NCBI GenBank assembly: GCA_951406725.2
Contig: OX597814.1
Location: forward strand, 16,802,001-16,866,000
Reading direction: 5' to 3'
Source of the DNA: Octopus vulgaris
Lineage: Eukaryota
DNA: 64,000 nt
Shown here: positions 1 through 12,558 of the stretch, piece after piece
How the letters are laid out: every line of letters begins with the position of its first letter
Position numbering within the stretch: the stretch's first letter is position 1
Notes under the pieces: generated by a model
The model's input: the letters and a program-made list of their open reading frames with translations, nothing else
Told to the model about the DNA's origin: nothing
The model's database searches: none
Made by a program: the position numbers and the translations under genes

Positions 1-133
1 ACCAGAAATCTAATGCTCTTAGCCTAGTTTTTCCTTGGAGCTGGCCAGATTGGAGCAATCTCGAGCAATCTCGAGTATAATCAACAGAAATTGCGAAGAT
101 AATCTAGTATTCGACTGAGGAAATAAAACTTCG

Positions 134-234
134 AAAGACGGAGCGGAAAAAGCAAGACGGTTCATTCGTGGCTCTCTATTCATCAGTCATGCTTCCAATT
201 GTCATTACAATTTCGGACTGTTACATTTGAGACT
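134..234 (-). repeat. 101-bp inverted repeat arm (partner 2604-2704) with a hammerhead-like CUGAUGA motif
   Basis: Exact reverse complement of 2604-2704. Confidence 0.88.
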
Positions 235-298
235 TCCTTGTTTTGCTGCTTCCTTGTTTTCTTTGTATCGTCTATCCGGATGCTTTGTTGTGCCATTT

Positions 299-387
<89 letters not shown>

Positions 388-1049
388 GACAATAATGTTC
401 TTGTGCCAAAGATATTCTGTCAAGCAAAACAAATACTTCTGAGTTTGTGGAGAGCAGGTTTCATGCGTGGTTGGTATAGAAAGAAGCATGTACACTCTGA
501 AAATCATAGTGCTGACTGGATACAATAACATGATTTATCGACCCTCGTTGGGTTGCACAGTTAGGAAGGTGTGATTGTTGTTGTGTCTGACATATTCGGT
601 GAAACTTGATATAACCGAGCTGACAATGTGTCCAAGCGAAAGTTATTTAATATTATATATAGTACAATACTAATACAGTTACAGATGCATATGTGGGTGC
701 ATGTGTCTGTATGTGTGTACGCGCGTACGTGCGTTCGTGCATGCGTGAGTGTGTGTGTGTGCGCGCGCGTGTGAATATATCGTATGTTTTACTTCTTTTA
801 TTCATTGGACTACGGCATCGACTCCACGGGTCTTTAGTCAAACGAATCTCCAGACACATCTGGCACTTAATTGTTAAAGTATTAAATATATCGGTCACAT
901 TCAACTAAGCGCTACGTTATGGGGACATAAAAAAAGCAACAATGAGAATCAAGTGTCTATGGGAGACAACTACAAACGAAGACATAAACATCTCTCTATC
1001 TTTCTCTCCGTCTATCTATCCATCTATCTATCTCTCTCTCTCCTCTATC

Positions 1050-1123
<74 letters not shown>

Positions 1124-1779
1124 AGCTTAATAACCATATTATTACAATCAATCAATATATAAGCAGGATTAAACACTACTTTTTATAAAACTGCAACAAA
1201 AGACATATAAATCAATGTACATTGTATCGGTAATAATAGTAAACTGCAATAACTAAATTATGCGCTAAATTGCGACTAGTGTTTAAGTCAGTATAAATAA
1301 TAATCCCACCGGTCTTCCATAGATACTACTATAATGAAAGTTCAAGCCTTATATAAATTTTCCAAAATAAAACACGATAGAAATTAATTTAACTAATATT
1401 TTTATGAGTAAAGTACATTATTTCATCATTCAAAAGTTAATAATAAAACGCTACATCCTCATTAATATATCACCACTACAAGTTATAATATTAAATAACC
1501 AGTGATTAATATAAACTTGAATTTCATTAAATAAGACCTAATAAAACTACTTGTAATTAACTGTTAATATAAACCTTGATATGTTTAAAGCTAATTGAAC
1601 CGTTTAAAAGATAATAAATCTACAAGTATTAACACTTACATGTTTAATTAGACTCGCGGTTCCCCAACCAAGAATCTAAAAGGCCAACTAAATATTGATG
1701 ACGTAATTGGTGCGTAATTACTAATTATTCAAATGTCTCAATATTGGTGACGTAGTATATACGTATGTATATATATATG

Positions 1780-2149
1780 TGGAGGCGCAATGGCCCAGTG
1801 GTTAAGGCAGCGGACTCGCGGTTTCGATTTCCAGACCGGGCGTCGTGAGTGTTTATTGAGCGAAAACACCTAAAGCTCCACGAGGCTTCGGCAGGGGATG
1901 GTGGTGATCCCTGCTGTACTCTTTCACCACAACTTTCTCTCACTCTTACTTCCTGTTTCTGTTGTATCTTGTATTTCAAAGGGCCGGCCTTGTCACTCTC
2001 TGTGTCACGCTGAATATCCCCGAGAACTACGTTAAGAGTACACGTGTCTGTGGAGTGCTCAGCCACTTACACGTTAATTTCACGAGCAGGCTGTTCCGTT
2101 GATTCGGATCAACCGGAACCCTCGTCGTCGTAACCGACGGAGTGCTTCC
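1780..2149 (+). mobile_element. tRNA-derived SINE family A
   Basis: A box TGGCCCAGTGG and B box GGTTTCGATT. Homologous to 44768-45149, 47279-47661 and 26763-27070. Confidence 0.88.
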
Positions 2150-2215
2150 ATCATATATATATATATATTTATATACCTCTCCACTTTCCTTCGTTATATC
2201 CCTAGTACCTCTCTC

Positions 2216-2251
<36 letters not shown>

Positions 2252-2603
2252 GTTCCTTCCCTAATTCTTTAATTCCTCTGCCCCTACCTCTCACTCTTCC
2301 TTTCATGTGACCGATGTACGGCTAGACATGATCTTTCTATCTTGGCCTGACCACCGCCCATACAAAACTTTATCTTCCTGACTCTAGGCTTTCACTCCAA
2401 GCGTCAGATCAACTTAACTTGTCCTTATTAGTCGAAAGACCCAAATTGTTATTCTCTTGTTGTTTGTATTTTTAATCGTGTAACTTTTTCTCCATTTTCT
2501 CGTTCTTTTTTTTTTTTGTCTGTGTTGTCGTACACATTCAATTGCTTTCTTCCAAAAATTTAATACTCTTACCTTAGATTTTTGGGGTCTAGCAATTTTG
2601 AAC

Positions 2604-2704
2604 AGTCTCAAATGTAACAGTCCGAAATTGTAATGACAATTGGAAGCATGACTGATGAATAGAGAGCCACGAATGAACCGTCTTGCTTTTTCCGCTCCGT
2701 CTTT
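2604..2704 (+). repeat. 101-bp inverted repeat arm (partner 134-234), just before (TA)n
   Basis: Exact reverse complement of 134-234. Contains gcatga CTGATGA...at GAACCGTC ttgc. Confidence 0.88.
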
Positions 2705-2713
2705 GTATCTGTC

Positions 2714-2796
<83 letters not shown>

Positions 2797-3031
2797 ATGT
2801 ATTTATATATATATAACTTTGAACGTTCTATAACAGAACAGAAAGTTGGAAAATATTTTTTGTAATGTCTATTCACCATTTCACTCATTTTATTTGCTAA
2901 GAGGAATCACTAAGTTGTACTTCCTAGATAAACATGTAAGAAATGTCCTATTAGAAATTCTTCATACAGATAACCAACTTATAGACCTTGGATTTTACCC
3001 TACCTCCATAATGTTGTGCAACTCTATGTGC

Positions 3032-3078
<47 letters not shown>

Positions 3079-3080
<2 letters not shown>

Positions 3081-3390
3081 AAAATAGTAAAGTGTGAAAA
3101 AACGACAGAAGGCTTAAATGTTAAAAAATATATATATTTGTGTCAAAATGTCTGGAGAATATTGGAAAAATTTTTTTCCCCTTTCCTTAAAATGACATAA
3201 TTTTAAAATTTTTAAAGAAATTACCGGTTTCGCGTGTAGCTTTTCAAATTTCTTGTGACGTTATGTTTATATTGCATGGAGTTATCGTTGTGTTTATTTC
3301 CAGGAGATTTCTAAATAAGGGGAGGTAGTGAGTGATTTCTTCCGGTGTAAGGGAGATAATCGCTTAAAAAATTTTTTCCCCTTTTCCTTG
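3079..3390 (-). mobile_element. 3' pseudo-LTR (pLTR) of the PLE, ending at a (TA)n tract
   Basis: Follows the ORF stop. ~23-bp direct repeat at 3166-3188 and 3366-3389 (200-bp period). Contains a hammerhead motif. Abuts (TA)n at about 3033-3078. Confidence 0.75.
3215..3254 (-). ncRNA. Minimal type-I hammerhead ribozyme, U3-A8 core variant
   Basis: Minus strand: AAGAAAU UUGAAAA GC-UACAC-GC GAAA CCGG UA AUUUCUU. 7-bp stem I, compensated U3-A8 core, palindromic ACCGGU stem III, GUA cleavage triplet. Confidence 0.8.
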
Positions 3391-4609
3391 TTAATTTCTC
3401 TGTGTCAGTATGTTCGGATGGTTGAGTCTGGGTTTGTACTTTTCAATGAAGAATGTTTCCTTGTTCAGTCTCATTTGTGTTGATGATCCGAAAGCACATT
3501 GGTAAAATGGGAAGATTAAAAATTGTGGCAGTAGTTGCTTTGCGCATTTCTCAATGTGCTCACTAAAAGGTATCATTCTATATTCTGGGAATGCAATCTG
3601 TTGTCGATGCAGTGTGCATCTACGCCTGAGTGATAGTCCCGTGGAACCCACGTAGTCTTGGTGGCAGCCCGAGCATTTAATAACATAAATTATGTTTTCA
3701 GAGGCACAAGTAAAGTTAGATTTGATCTTGAATTTCTGTCCCTCTTTAAAGAAGAATTCTGATCCTTCCAATAGGTTAGGACATGTTGCACAGTTCGATC
3801 TACCACATTTCTTTACTTTTGCATCCGTAATTTTAGAAGACAATTTTGCCTTTGTGAGAATCTTTTTAAGTGATTTAGGCTGTTTGTAGCTTTTAATGAT
3901 TTGGTGTATGTTTAGAATTTCCTTTAATTTTGGGTTTTTATGAAGTATTGGTAAATTCTGGGTGATGATGGTGAAGGCTTCTTTGTTTCTGGGGTTGTAT
4001 GTAGATATGTAAGGTAGTATTTTCGGGGAAGGTGTGTTGTTGTGTTGAACTTTTCTTAAAGTTTCTATGTTGATTTCTGTTGCACGTCTGATCCCATCCT
4101 CTATGAGTTGAGCTGGGTAATGTCTGTCAATTAGGGTGTTTTTGAGTTCTTGCAGTCTAAAGTACCTGGTATTTTGTTCTGACACTATTGTGCATATCCT
4201 TCTTGCAAGGTTGAAGGGGATGTTTGTTTTAGTGTGTCTTGGGTGGCATGAATTAAAAAGAAGGTATTGTTTGGCGTCTGTGGCCTTGTAAAAAATGTCT
4301 GTTTCTATTTTAAGGTTAATGTTTTTAATTAGTATATCCAAGAACGGGAGCTCCTTTTGGTTGTATTCCATTGTGAACTGTATATTTGGGTTTATGCTGT
4401 TCAATAGGTTTTTAAATTTTAGGAGTTTATCTATGTTTTCATTCCAGAGAATGAAACAATCGTCTAGGAATCGTTTCCAATTCTCTTTTGTGTATTGAGA
4501 GAGGGAGTTTCCAAAGATTGATAGAGATTCCTGGTAAATGATTATTTCCATGTATCCCATTGTTAAGTTCGCAATGACTGGTGCTGCCCTTGTACCCATA
4601 GCAATTCCG
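3391..4609 (-). CDS. Penelope-like element (PLE) ORF, 5'-truncated: C-terminal half of RT, Cys-rich linker and GIY-YIG endonuclease (Neptune-like layout)
   Basis: Uninterrupted 402-aa ORF preceded in frame by GIA. Motifs: GIAMGT..AP..ANL.M, WKRFLDDCF, IQFTME, LPFLDI, YLLFNSCHP, linker CGRSNCATC, NIIYVIKCSGCHQDYVGST, H..QI, FSEH, P.LN. Confidence 0.93.
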
Positions 4610-4624
4610 GATTTTTTACATATT

Positions 4625-5115
4625 TACACTTTTATCGCCTTCAAATTATTCTTCATTTGAAGTAATGCATCGGTGAAGGTGCATTTTCCAATGTCTGAAG
4701 CAGTGCTGGAACTCTTGCGAAATGATGCCCCTTGACGTATCCATCATTTTTTCATTACCTCTTCCACATTTGAAAATTCCGTAGCACCATCTTCTGTCAC
4801 CTGTGAAGACCTTCGAAAGGAGGTCCGGATCAATTTCCAACTTTCTTTCAGTTCACAACACGCGTTCCTTATATCTTCCGTGACTTCTTTTGATCTTCCT
4901 TAAACAAACTAGATACAAATTTTGCTGCAACTCTTTGCATTCGCAATTTCTACTCAAATTTTCGTTGGCAAGAACTTTAGGACACACCAGTCATATAGAA
5001 AAGCTCGTCAATTGTTCGGCAAAGGTCTTGCAACATCAGTTCAGGAATTTTCAAGATATTTTCATTCGTTAGTGTGGTGAATGGTCGCCCTGAATAAGAT
5101 TGGTCTTCAAGCGAA
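4625..5115 (-). pseudogene. Internally deleted mariner transposase relic
   Basis: Fragments SLEDQSYSGRP, RVAAKFV, DPDLLSKVFTGD..WCYG, EFQHCFRHWK..LHRCI...E*FEGD, with frameshifts. Confidence 0.75.
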
Positions 5116-5430
5116 AATTGTTAGCGGCCGGAAAGGAATACACTTCTACGGCAAGTGCTAACAAGTCAGGAAAATATTGAGCATTGTGTGTATATAAAGC
5201 AGAGAGCCTGTATAAGGTAGGGGTTCTGTGCAATGATGAGTGTAGATGGCTAGCTGAGAGTGAAAGTTGAATGTGTTAATGTGAAAGGTGTGTTAGCGGA
5301 AAGGAATAGGTGAAGCAGCGGAGGAAACGATCTGGTAAATGAGAGAAAGAACTGAAGTAGGGACAGGTAAATGGAAATTTACAAAGTGGTTAAAAGTGGC
5401 AATATACGTGTAAAGATAAATAAATAATCT

Positions 5431-5591
<161 letters not shown>

Positions 5592-5741
5592 CACACACAA
5601 ACAGACACACACATATGTATATATAGGACTGTTAGAAAACACCGGGATTGCTAGAAATATGAGCTAAACCGCTCTAACGTAGCTAACGCACATGTATGTT
5701 AACTATAGCATTAAAAGGGAGTATATAAAAGGGAGTATTAT

Positions 5742-5938
5742 GTCGGTTACAATGACGCGGATCCCAGCTGATTCGATCAACAGAACTGCCTGCTCGTGAA
5801 ATTAATGTGCAATTATTGAGCACTCCACGGACACCAGTACTCTTAACGCAGATCTCAGGGAGATTCAGCTTGACACAGAATGTGACAAGGTTGGCCCTTT
5901 GAAATACAGATACTACTCATTTTTGCCTGCTGAGTGGA
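5742..5938 (-). mobile_element. Fragment: CORE 3' end joined to the family A tail
   Basis: Minus strand: ccactcagcaggcaaaaatgagt-agtatctgtatttcaaagggcc...gtaaccgac. Confidence 0.7.
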
Positions 5939-5961
5939 TATATATATATATATATATATTT

Positions 5962-6025
<64 letters not shown>

Positions 6026-6176
6026 ATGATTTTCCTCTCAAAGTATTTTGAGATGCAAACTCATATATTCATATGTTTTGTGATTTAGATTTGACGTAAA
6101 ATGAAACAATTGTAAGAAATGATGATAATTATTTAATTAATTTATATCTATTGAATCTCTGCATTTTCAAACTAAA

Positions 6177-6252
<76 letters not shown>

Positions 6253-6740
6253 TCTATTTATCTATCTATCTATGCATATATATATATGCATATATATATA
6301 TATATATCCACACACATACATATATATATATAAATATATATATATAAGCATATATATATGCCTGTGTCTCTGAGTGTGTATTGTTAGCAGAAACATATAT
6401 GAATACACAGGCACCCTATATATCTATATCTTGTATAGATGGATTTGATATCTAAAACTAAAAGGACATTAAAATGGCTGATAGTAACAGTTAATTAGAT
6501 GTAGAAAATCACTCGTCACCCCATAGGTTCCAAAGTTATTAAAGTTTTTTAATTGTATTTTTCTCGTGGAACTGCGCAACTGCTTAGGTTACACTGCTGA
6601 TCGTATGATTGTTCTTTCATACACTGAAATACGGGGACACACATTTACATGCAAATACACAAACACACACACATACATACATAGATACATACATACATAC
6701 ATACATACATACATACATACATACATACATACATACATAG

Positions 6741-6835
<95 letters not shown>

Positions 6836-7091
6836 CATATATTTATATACATGCATACATACAATTTTGAAAGAATAATGATATTAAATGATTAGAACGA
6901 TAAGCACCAAACCTTGTGACAAAGAGAAATGAGCCACTGATATGACCAGTACTTCTTTTCTAGCATATGTGCGCTAACTCTGTATCGATTGCACAACAAA
7001 TTGCATGACAATCCCCTTCTCTTTTGAATTAGTTACTTCACTTTATTTTATGCGTTTATCATTATTTGATATGTTGTATTTTGTCTGTGTA

Positions 7092-7492
7092 GGCGCAGGA
7101 GTGGCTGTGTGGTAAGTAGCTTGCTAAACAACCACATGCTTCCGGGTTCAGTTCCACTGCGTGGCACCTTGGGCAAGTGTCTTCTGCTATAGCCCCGGGC
7201 CGACCAATACCTTGTGAGTGGATTTGGTAGACAGAAACTGAACGAAGCCTGTCGTATATATGTATGTGTGTGTGTTTGTGTGTCTGTGTTTGTCCCCCTA
7301 GCATTGCTTGACAACCGATGCTGGTGTGTTTACGTCCCCGTCACTTAGCGGTTCGGCAAAAGAGACTGACAGAATAAGTACTGGGCTTACAAAGAATAAG
7401 TCCCGGGGTCGATTTGCTCGACTAAAGGCGGGGCCCCAGCATGGCCGCAGTCAAATGACTGAAACAAGTAAAAGAGTAAAGAGTAAAGAGTA
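7092..7492 (+). mobile_element. SINE family B (internal TA/TG microsatellite, GAGTAAA-type tail)
   Basis: ggcgcaggagtggctgtgtggtaag...gggttcagttcc head. Six further copies in the window. Confidence 0.88.
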
Positions 7493-8579
7493 TAAATCTA
7501 AGCTGTAATATTTTTTCAACAAGTTGTAATCCCTTATTTTCAAATATAATAGGAAACGTGCAGCTGGAATACTTTTGATCATAAATATGCACATTCAGGG
7601 CTGGACTAAAACTAAGCAACAACGTTATCAACTACATCTTGTCGAACAACAAATAATTTTCCCTAGGCAAATTTCTCTGGACCAATGTACGTGAATAGCA
7701 TTCTTAACTTCCTTTATACATCCCAATGTCAGCAAAGCACAAAACGTAAGCGGTTCTCTCCAGTTACAACTGTAGAAAAGGCCTCCCGTTAACGACTTGC
7801 CTGATAGCGAATCTGAAGAACCGAATAGAATAGAATGTTGACTTTTCAGATCTATCGTATCATCCCCAGCAAATAAATGCGTCAACTAAAAATAGGATCC
7901 ACCATTTCTTGGACTTCCAATCTATTTTCCTAAATAGTATTGCACTATATTGCCTAACCACTAACTACTGGAAATATGCGTTTGTCGACACTAGCATGCA
8001 TAGCAGAAGAAAAAAAATTATACTAAGCCATTGAAAGGTCGAAGTACAAAAGTTCCACCAAGATTTAAATGATATATCCAAAGGTTCTGTATCTAAAAGA
8101 CAGAATATTCACAGATGAAGATCCGCATTTCATCGCGGATCTTCTCAGTCAGAACTGAGATGATTTTAATCCACTAAAACAATAGTTTCTAGATTCTATA
8201 AGAGGAAAATAAATAAATATGTGTATCACTCGATAAATTTTGCATACTAACAAAATCCCTCGAATTTTATGGAACGGGTTTTCTCGCTACCCACCAATAG
8301 GTTGTAACGTTACTTAGATATGTTACATCTCAGTTTCTCTTGCATTCTACTCTTCACTTTACTTAATCCCGTGTGCTGAACATATCATTTCGTCAACTGT
8401 ATAAAACCTACATGTCATTTTCTCTAAACAAGTTATTTTTCTTGTGTGCTCTATACATCTTTGTTTGTTTTTTTTTATTTCTCAAAATTCTGCTTTGTTT
8501 GCATCTAATCCTATCCACCTTGATAGCATCTAATCTTATCCACCTCATTCATTTTACCCAAAGCATATTTTCTTGATTG

Positions 8580-8882
8580 GAAGCATATGGCCTAGTAGCT
8601 AAAGCAGCAAACACGCGGTCGAGATATCGCGGGTTCGAATCTCAGACCGGGCGATGTGTGTGTTTATGAGCGAAACACCTAAGCTCTACGCTGCTCCGGC
8701 AGAAAGTAAAGGCGAACTCCTGCTGACTCTTTTGCCTCAACTTTCTCTCACTCTTTCCTCCTGCATCTAGCAGCTCACTTGCGACGGATCGGCGTCCTGA
8801 CCATGTGGGGAACCTGTACGCCAATGAAACCGAGAAACTGGTCCTTATGAGCCAGGCATGGCTCGAAAAGGAACAAAAAACA
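8580..8882 (+). mobile_element. SINE family A2 (A-like head, gcgacgga..ggcgtcc...gaaaccg.gaaac tail)
   Basis: Pol III boxes. Homologous to 36393-36677. Tail shared with 62672-62925. Confidence 0.8.
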
Positions 8883-9123
8883 ATATTATATTTGACTTCT
8901 TAGAACTACTTTATAAGTTCTACATTACATTCCAGTGATTCATATAGACGCCTAAATAGACTTCAATTAATTTTACTTATGAAAGAAAGTCTCACACAAA
9001 TCAGATAATCATGAAAAATTAGATTTAGTTATTTAGTTATATCCTTAAAACTAGTCTGAATGCATAGCATCAACTTAACACATCATGATGTGTATGATGG
9101 AGAAATTCTCGCTGTTAACATTA

Positions 9124-9466
9124 AAGAGTAAAGACTCCCTTCGGTCATGAATGACCATGGGATTGCACCTAGAAAGTTACCCTCCTAGACACAAGTCCGG
9201 GCAAGGTTGTTTATGGAAGACCAGCAGTCGCCCATGCATACCAGCCTCCCCTCTCCACGCCACCAATGTTATCCAAGGGAAAGACAAAGGTCGATACAGC
9301 TTGGAACCAGTGACGTCGCAACTCATTTCTACAGCTGAGTGAACTGGAGCAACGTGAAATAAAGTGCCTTGCTCAAGAACACAACACGCAGCCCGGTCCG
9401 GGATTCGAGCTCACAACCTCACGATCGTAAGCTCGACGCTCTAACCACTGAGCCATGCGCCTTCAC
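9124..9466 (-). mobile_element. SINE family D (CORE-like central domain)
   Basis: A/B boxes, ttgtgttcttgagcaaggcactttatttcac...cagctgtagaaatgag and TSD CTGTTAACATTA. Tail fragments also at about 14740-14860 and 27080-27230. Confidence 0.85.
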
Positions 9467-10021
9467 TGTTAACATTATACGTCAATAAATTCAGCATTGT
9501 TCCCAATTTTCACTGTGTTGTGGCGCTAACACAAATATGGCACACTGTTATAAGTAAATAGGGAACAAAATGTTAAATATTGTTCTGCTTGAGTTTTTAT
9601 CCGTCCCACAGATCACTGGCAGAGAATTTAATCGCTTCAACCGGAGATATTAGCTTTTTAATGATGCTACATATTTTTCTATATTGGTTCACTGCTAGCA
9701 AATTAAAAAAGTTAATGAGTTCAACGAAAGCCTTACATGAAGAAGGAAATTGATGAGAAGATGCGTGTAATTAAGAGATGAATTGGAAGGAATTGAATAC
9801 GGATGCAATGACAGGAGAAACAATATTAAATGCTATCAGAAAAAATAACATATCCAGATGTGTGCATCACCAGATGAGCTAATTATCAATGAGTGAGTCA
9901 ACATAAATAAAAAAAATAGATGTAGGACAGTAGAGAGTGCGAAATTTGAAACAGCCTGTTACTAAGACACACCTTATAGAATAGAAACGCTTCACACACA
10001 CAAGTGCATATATATGTATGT

Positions 10022-10644
10022 ATATTAATCAATTAAAACCAGTGGCTTAGCATATCTAAAAAAATCCGAAGATTAAAAATTATGTTACATACAAAATTTA
10101 GAGGAATAACACTAAAGTGGACACTCTCTATGCTAAACATAGACGTCAAATCGTCATTACCACGAAGAGTGTGTTCTCAGGAAAAATTCTCAGCAACAAT
10201 GCCAAAATGTAAAAATAAGCAAGACAAATGAAAATATACGAAATAAAAAACGATTACCTACGTACAATGGTTTCACTTGTTAATATTTAGGTATATAAAC
10301 ACGCAAATATCTGCAAGATCATCAGCATAGTCTGTCGATTACAAAACACAATTTCCAGAAGTAGATACAGAACACTCTACCGAAATCGAGCATGTATAAA
10401 GTTCTACAATTTATATTTGGGTGCATTTTTTCAAATGTCTACATTTTGGCGCACTGAGGTCGGAAATTACCCTGCAGTTAATAAATTACAGCAGCCAATT
10501 TACTGGTTAGAGAACATTTTTTATTTAAAATTTAATAATAAGGGTAGAAACTGATATTAATCAATTAAAACCAGTGGTAATGACGATTTGACGTCTATGT
10601 TTAGCATATAGCGTGTCCACTTCAGTGGTATTCCTCTAAATTTT
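10022..10644 (-). mobile_element. Solo PLE pLTR with inverted 5' fragment and short 3' tail repeat
   Basis: 24-bp direct repeat at 10022-10045 and 10554-10577. ~71-bp inverted repeat at 10093-10163 and 10574-10644. Internal hammerhead. TA-rich microsatellite on both sides. Confidence 0.75.
10258..10330 (-). ncRNA. Type-I hammerhead ribozyme with extended stem II
   Basis: Minus strand: CUAUG CUGAUGA U-CUUG-CA-GAUAUUUG...UAAAUAUU-AA-CAAG-U GAAA C-CAUU-G UA CGUAG. Confidence 0.82.
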
Positions 10645-10727
<83 letters not shown>

Positions 10728-11221
10728 CATGTATGTATGTGTGTACGCATGCATGTATGTATGTATACACATAGAGTAATATAGGTTCTAATGAAAAGGC
10801 ACCTTTCGAGTTAATGACAACCAAAAATCAGATTATTTTCCTCAATATATTTCTTCGAAAGACACACCACCTTACCTAAAATATACAATATATATATATA
10901 AATGTATATAAGTATAATTATTAAAGGTAACATATAAAATATTCGTTTGAGATCACTTGAACCAGTTCTAAAACATAAAAAAGATCGGATGTTAAATGTA
11001 CAGTCACTATATTGGAAAATCATAAATATATAAAAATTAATGGGTAACTGAAAAAGCGAATACTCAGAGTGCAAAATAAACAATTTAAACTATAATACAT
11101 TGGTCAACACACACATACATACACACACTCTCACACACATACACACTCACACTAGCACACACACACGCATGCACACACACACACTCACACACACACAGAT
11201 ATATATAATATATAATATATA

Positions 11222-11617
11222 TCTTTATATATAAAACTGAAGTTGTGTGTCTGTCTCCTACGATTTAGATTTCTAACTACTCCCACATTTTGCGGTGCAG
11301 TTTAACCAAAACCGGGTATCTTATAGTCGTGATTCATATCGAGCCCTTCTGGGTATTAGCGTGCGTCTACGATGAGTCTACGAATTAAAAAAAAAATTAC
11401 CATCATTTTTTTCCATTTTAATGCATTTTTTCGCTATTATATAAGGGAAGTAACTCTCTAAAAATGTCTACGATGAGTCAACGAATTTTAATAAAATTTA
11501 CCATAATTTTTTTTTCCATTTTTAATGCATTTTGTGCTATTTATTGGCTATAACTCTCTAAAAATGCTTATATAGTTATTTCCCTTACAAATCCGAGCAA
11601 CGCCGGGTGATACTGCT

Positions 11618-11619
<2 letters not shown>
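11222..11619 (+). mobile_element. Non-autonomous Helitron
   Basis: 5' A|TC start, 3' hairpin ccgagcaacgccggg then CTTG|T (CTAG in the second copy). Internal ~100-bp tandem duplication. Sits in (TA)n. Confidence 0.8.
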
Positions 11620-11652
<33 letters not shown>

Positions 11653-11945
11653 AGCACATATTCGGACTGGTACTGCAAAAGTAGCACTCGAAACAGGACT
11701 CGACTCGGAGAAAGTATCTAGCGTTAAAGTGTTGACAGGGTTACATATTACACTACAGACAGGCAACCAAATTATTCCGCGCTGGTTAGACAAGCCATAC
11801 GTGGAGGTGCTGAAACGTTTCAGGATTTAAGGGTGTTGTTAAAAGCCTAGTTGGTGACCCAGCATTCCAAGTTCTTTTACAGGGCTGCGAAAAACTGAAT
11901 GACCGCTGCAATAAGTGTGTGAATCTAAGAAGGGAATATCTCTTT

Positions 11946-12352
11946 CTCTTTTACTCTTTTACTTGTTTCAGTCATTTGACTACGGCCATGCTGGAGCACC
12001 ACCTTTTAGTCGAGCAAATCGACCCCGGGACTTATTCTTTGTAAGCCCAGTACTTACTCTATCGGTCTCTTTTGCCGAACCGCTAAGTGACGGGGATGTA
12101 AACACACCAGCATCGGTTGTCAAGCAATGCTAGGGGGACAAACACAGACACACAAACACACACATACATATATATATATATATACATATATACGACGGGC
12201 TTCTTTTCAGTTTCCGTCTACCAAATCCACTCACAAGGCATTGGTCGGCCCGGGGCTATAGCAGAAGACACTTGCCCAAGATGCCACGCAGTGGGACTGA
12301 ACCCGGAACCATGTGGTTGGTTAGCAAGCTACTTATCACACAGCCACTCCTG
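11946..12352 (-). mobile_element. SINE family B
   Basis: Reverse-complement homology to 7092-7492. Confidence 0.88.
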
Positions 12353-12558
12353 TTTAATAAAATCATAATTAACTGATCCTCCTGTATTTTCTTTTACCAA
12401 AAGTCAGGAAATTTTCAGTACACCTTCGTATATAGCAGTGGGAATCCTGTTCAATTTTCTGTGTATATCCACATTGTTCTTGAGTGAATTACACTTCAGC
12501 TTACTTAGGGCTTAAGATGAAGGATTGCATGAGGATTAATATGATGCGACGAAAAAGT

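Noticed and set aside
1300-1350. ACCGGT palindrome in an island between (TA)n runs
   Set aside because: No matching core or stem I. The island may still be PLE-derived, but I cannot support that.
2379-2411. Minus-strand CUGACGC...GAAAGCCUA hammerhead-like motif
   Set aside because: Core mismatch, no real stem II and stem I out of register.
7628-7885. 85-aa non-repetitive ORF (also 25691-25981, 39366-39638 and 57434-57643) as host exons
   Set aside because: No recognisable domain or consistent splice pattern. Small exons cannot be excluded without RNA-seq.
11660-11705. ctgcaaa-agtagcact-cgaaac hammerhead-like stretch
   Set aside because: Two core mismatches and no stem I or III.
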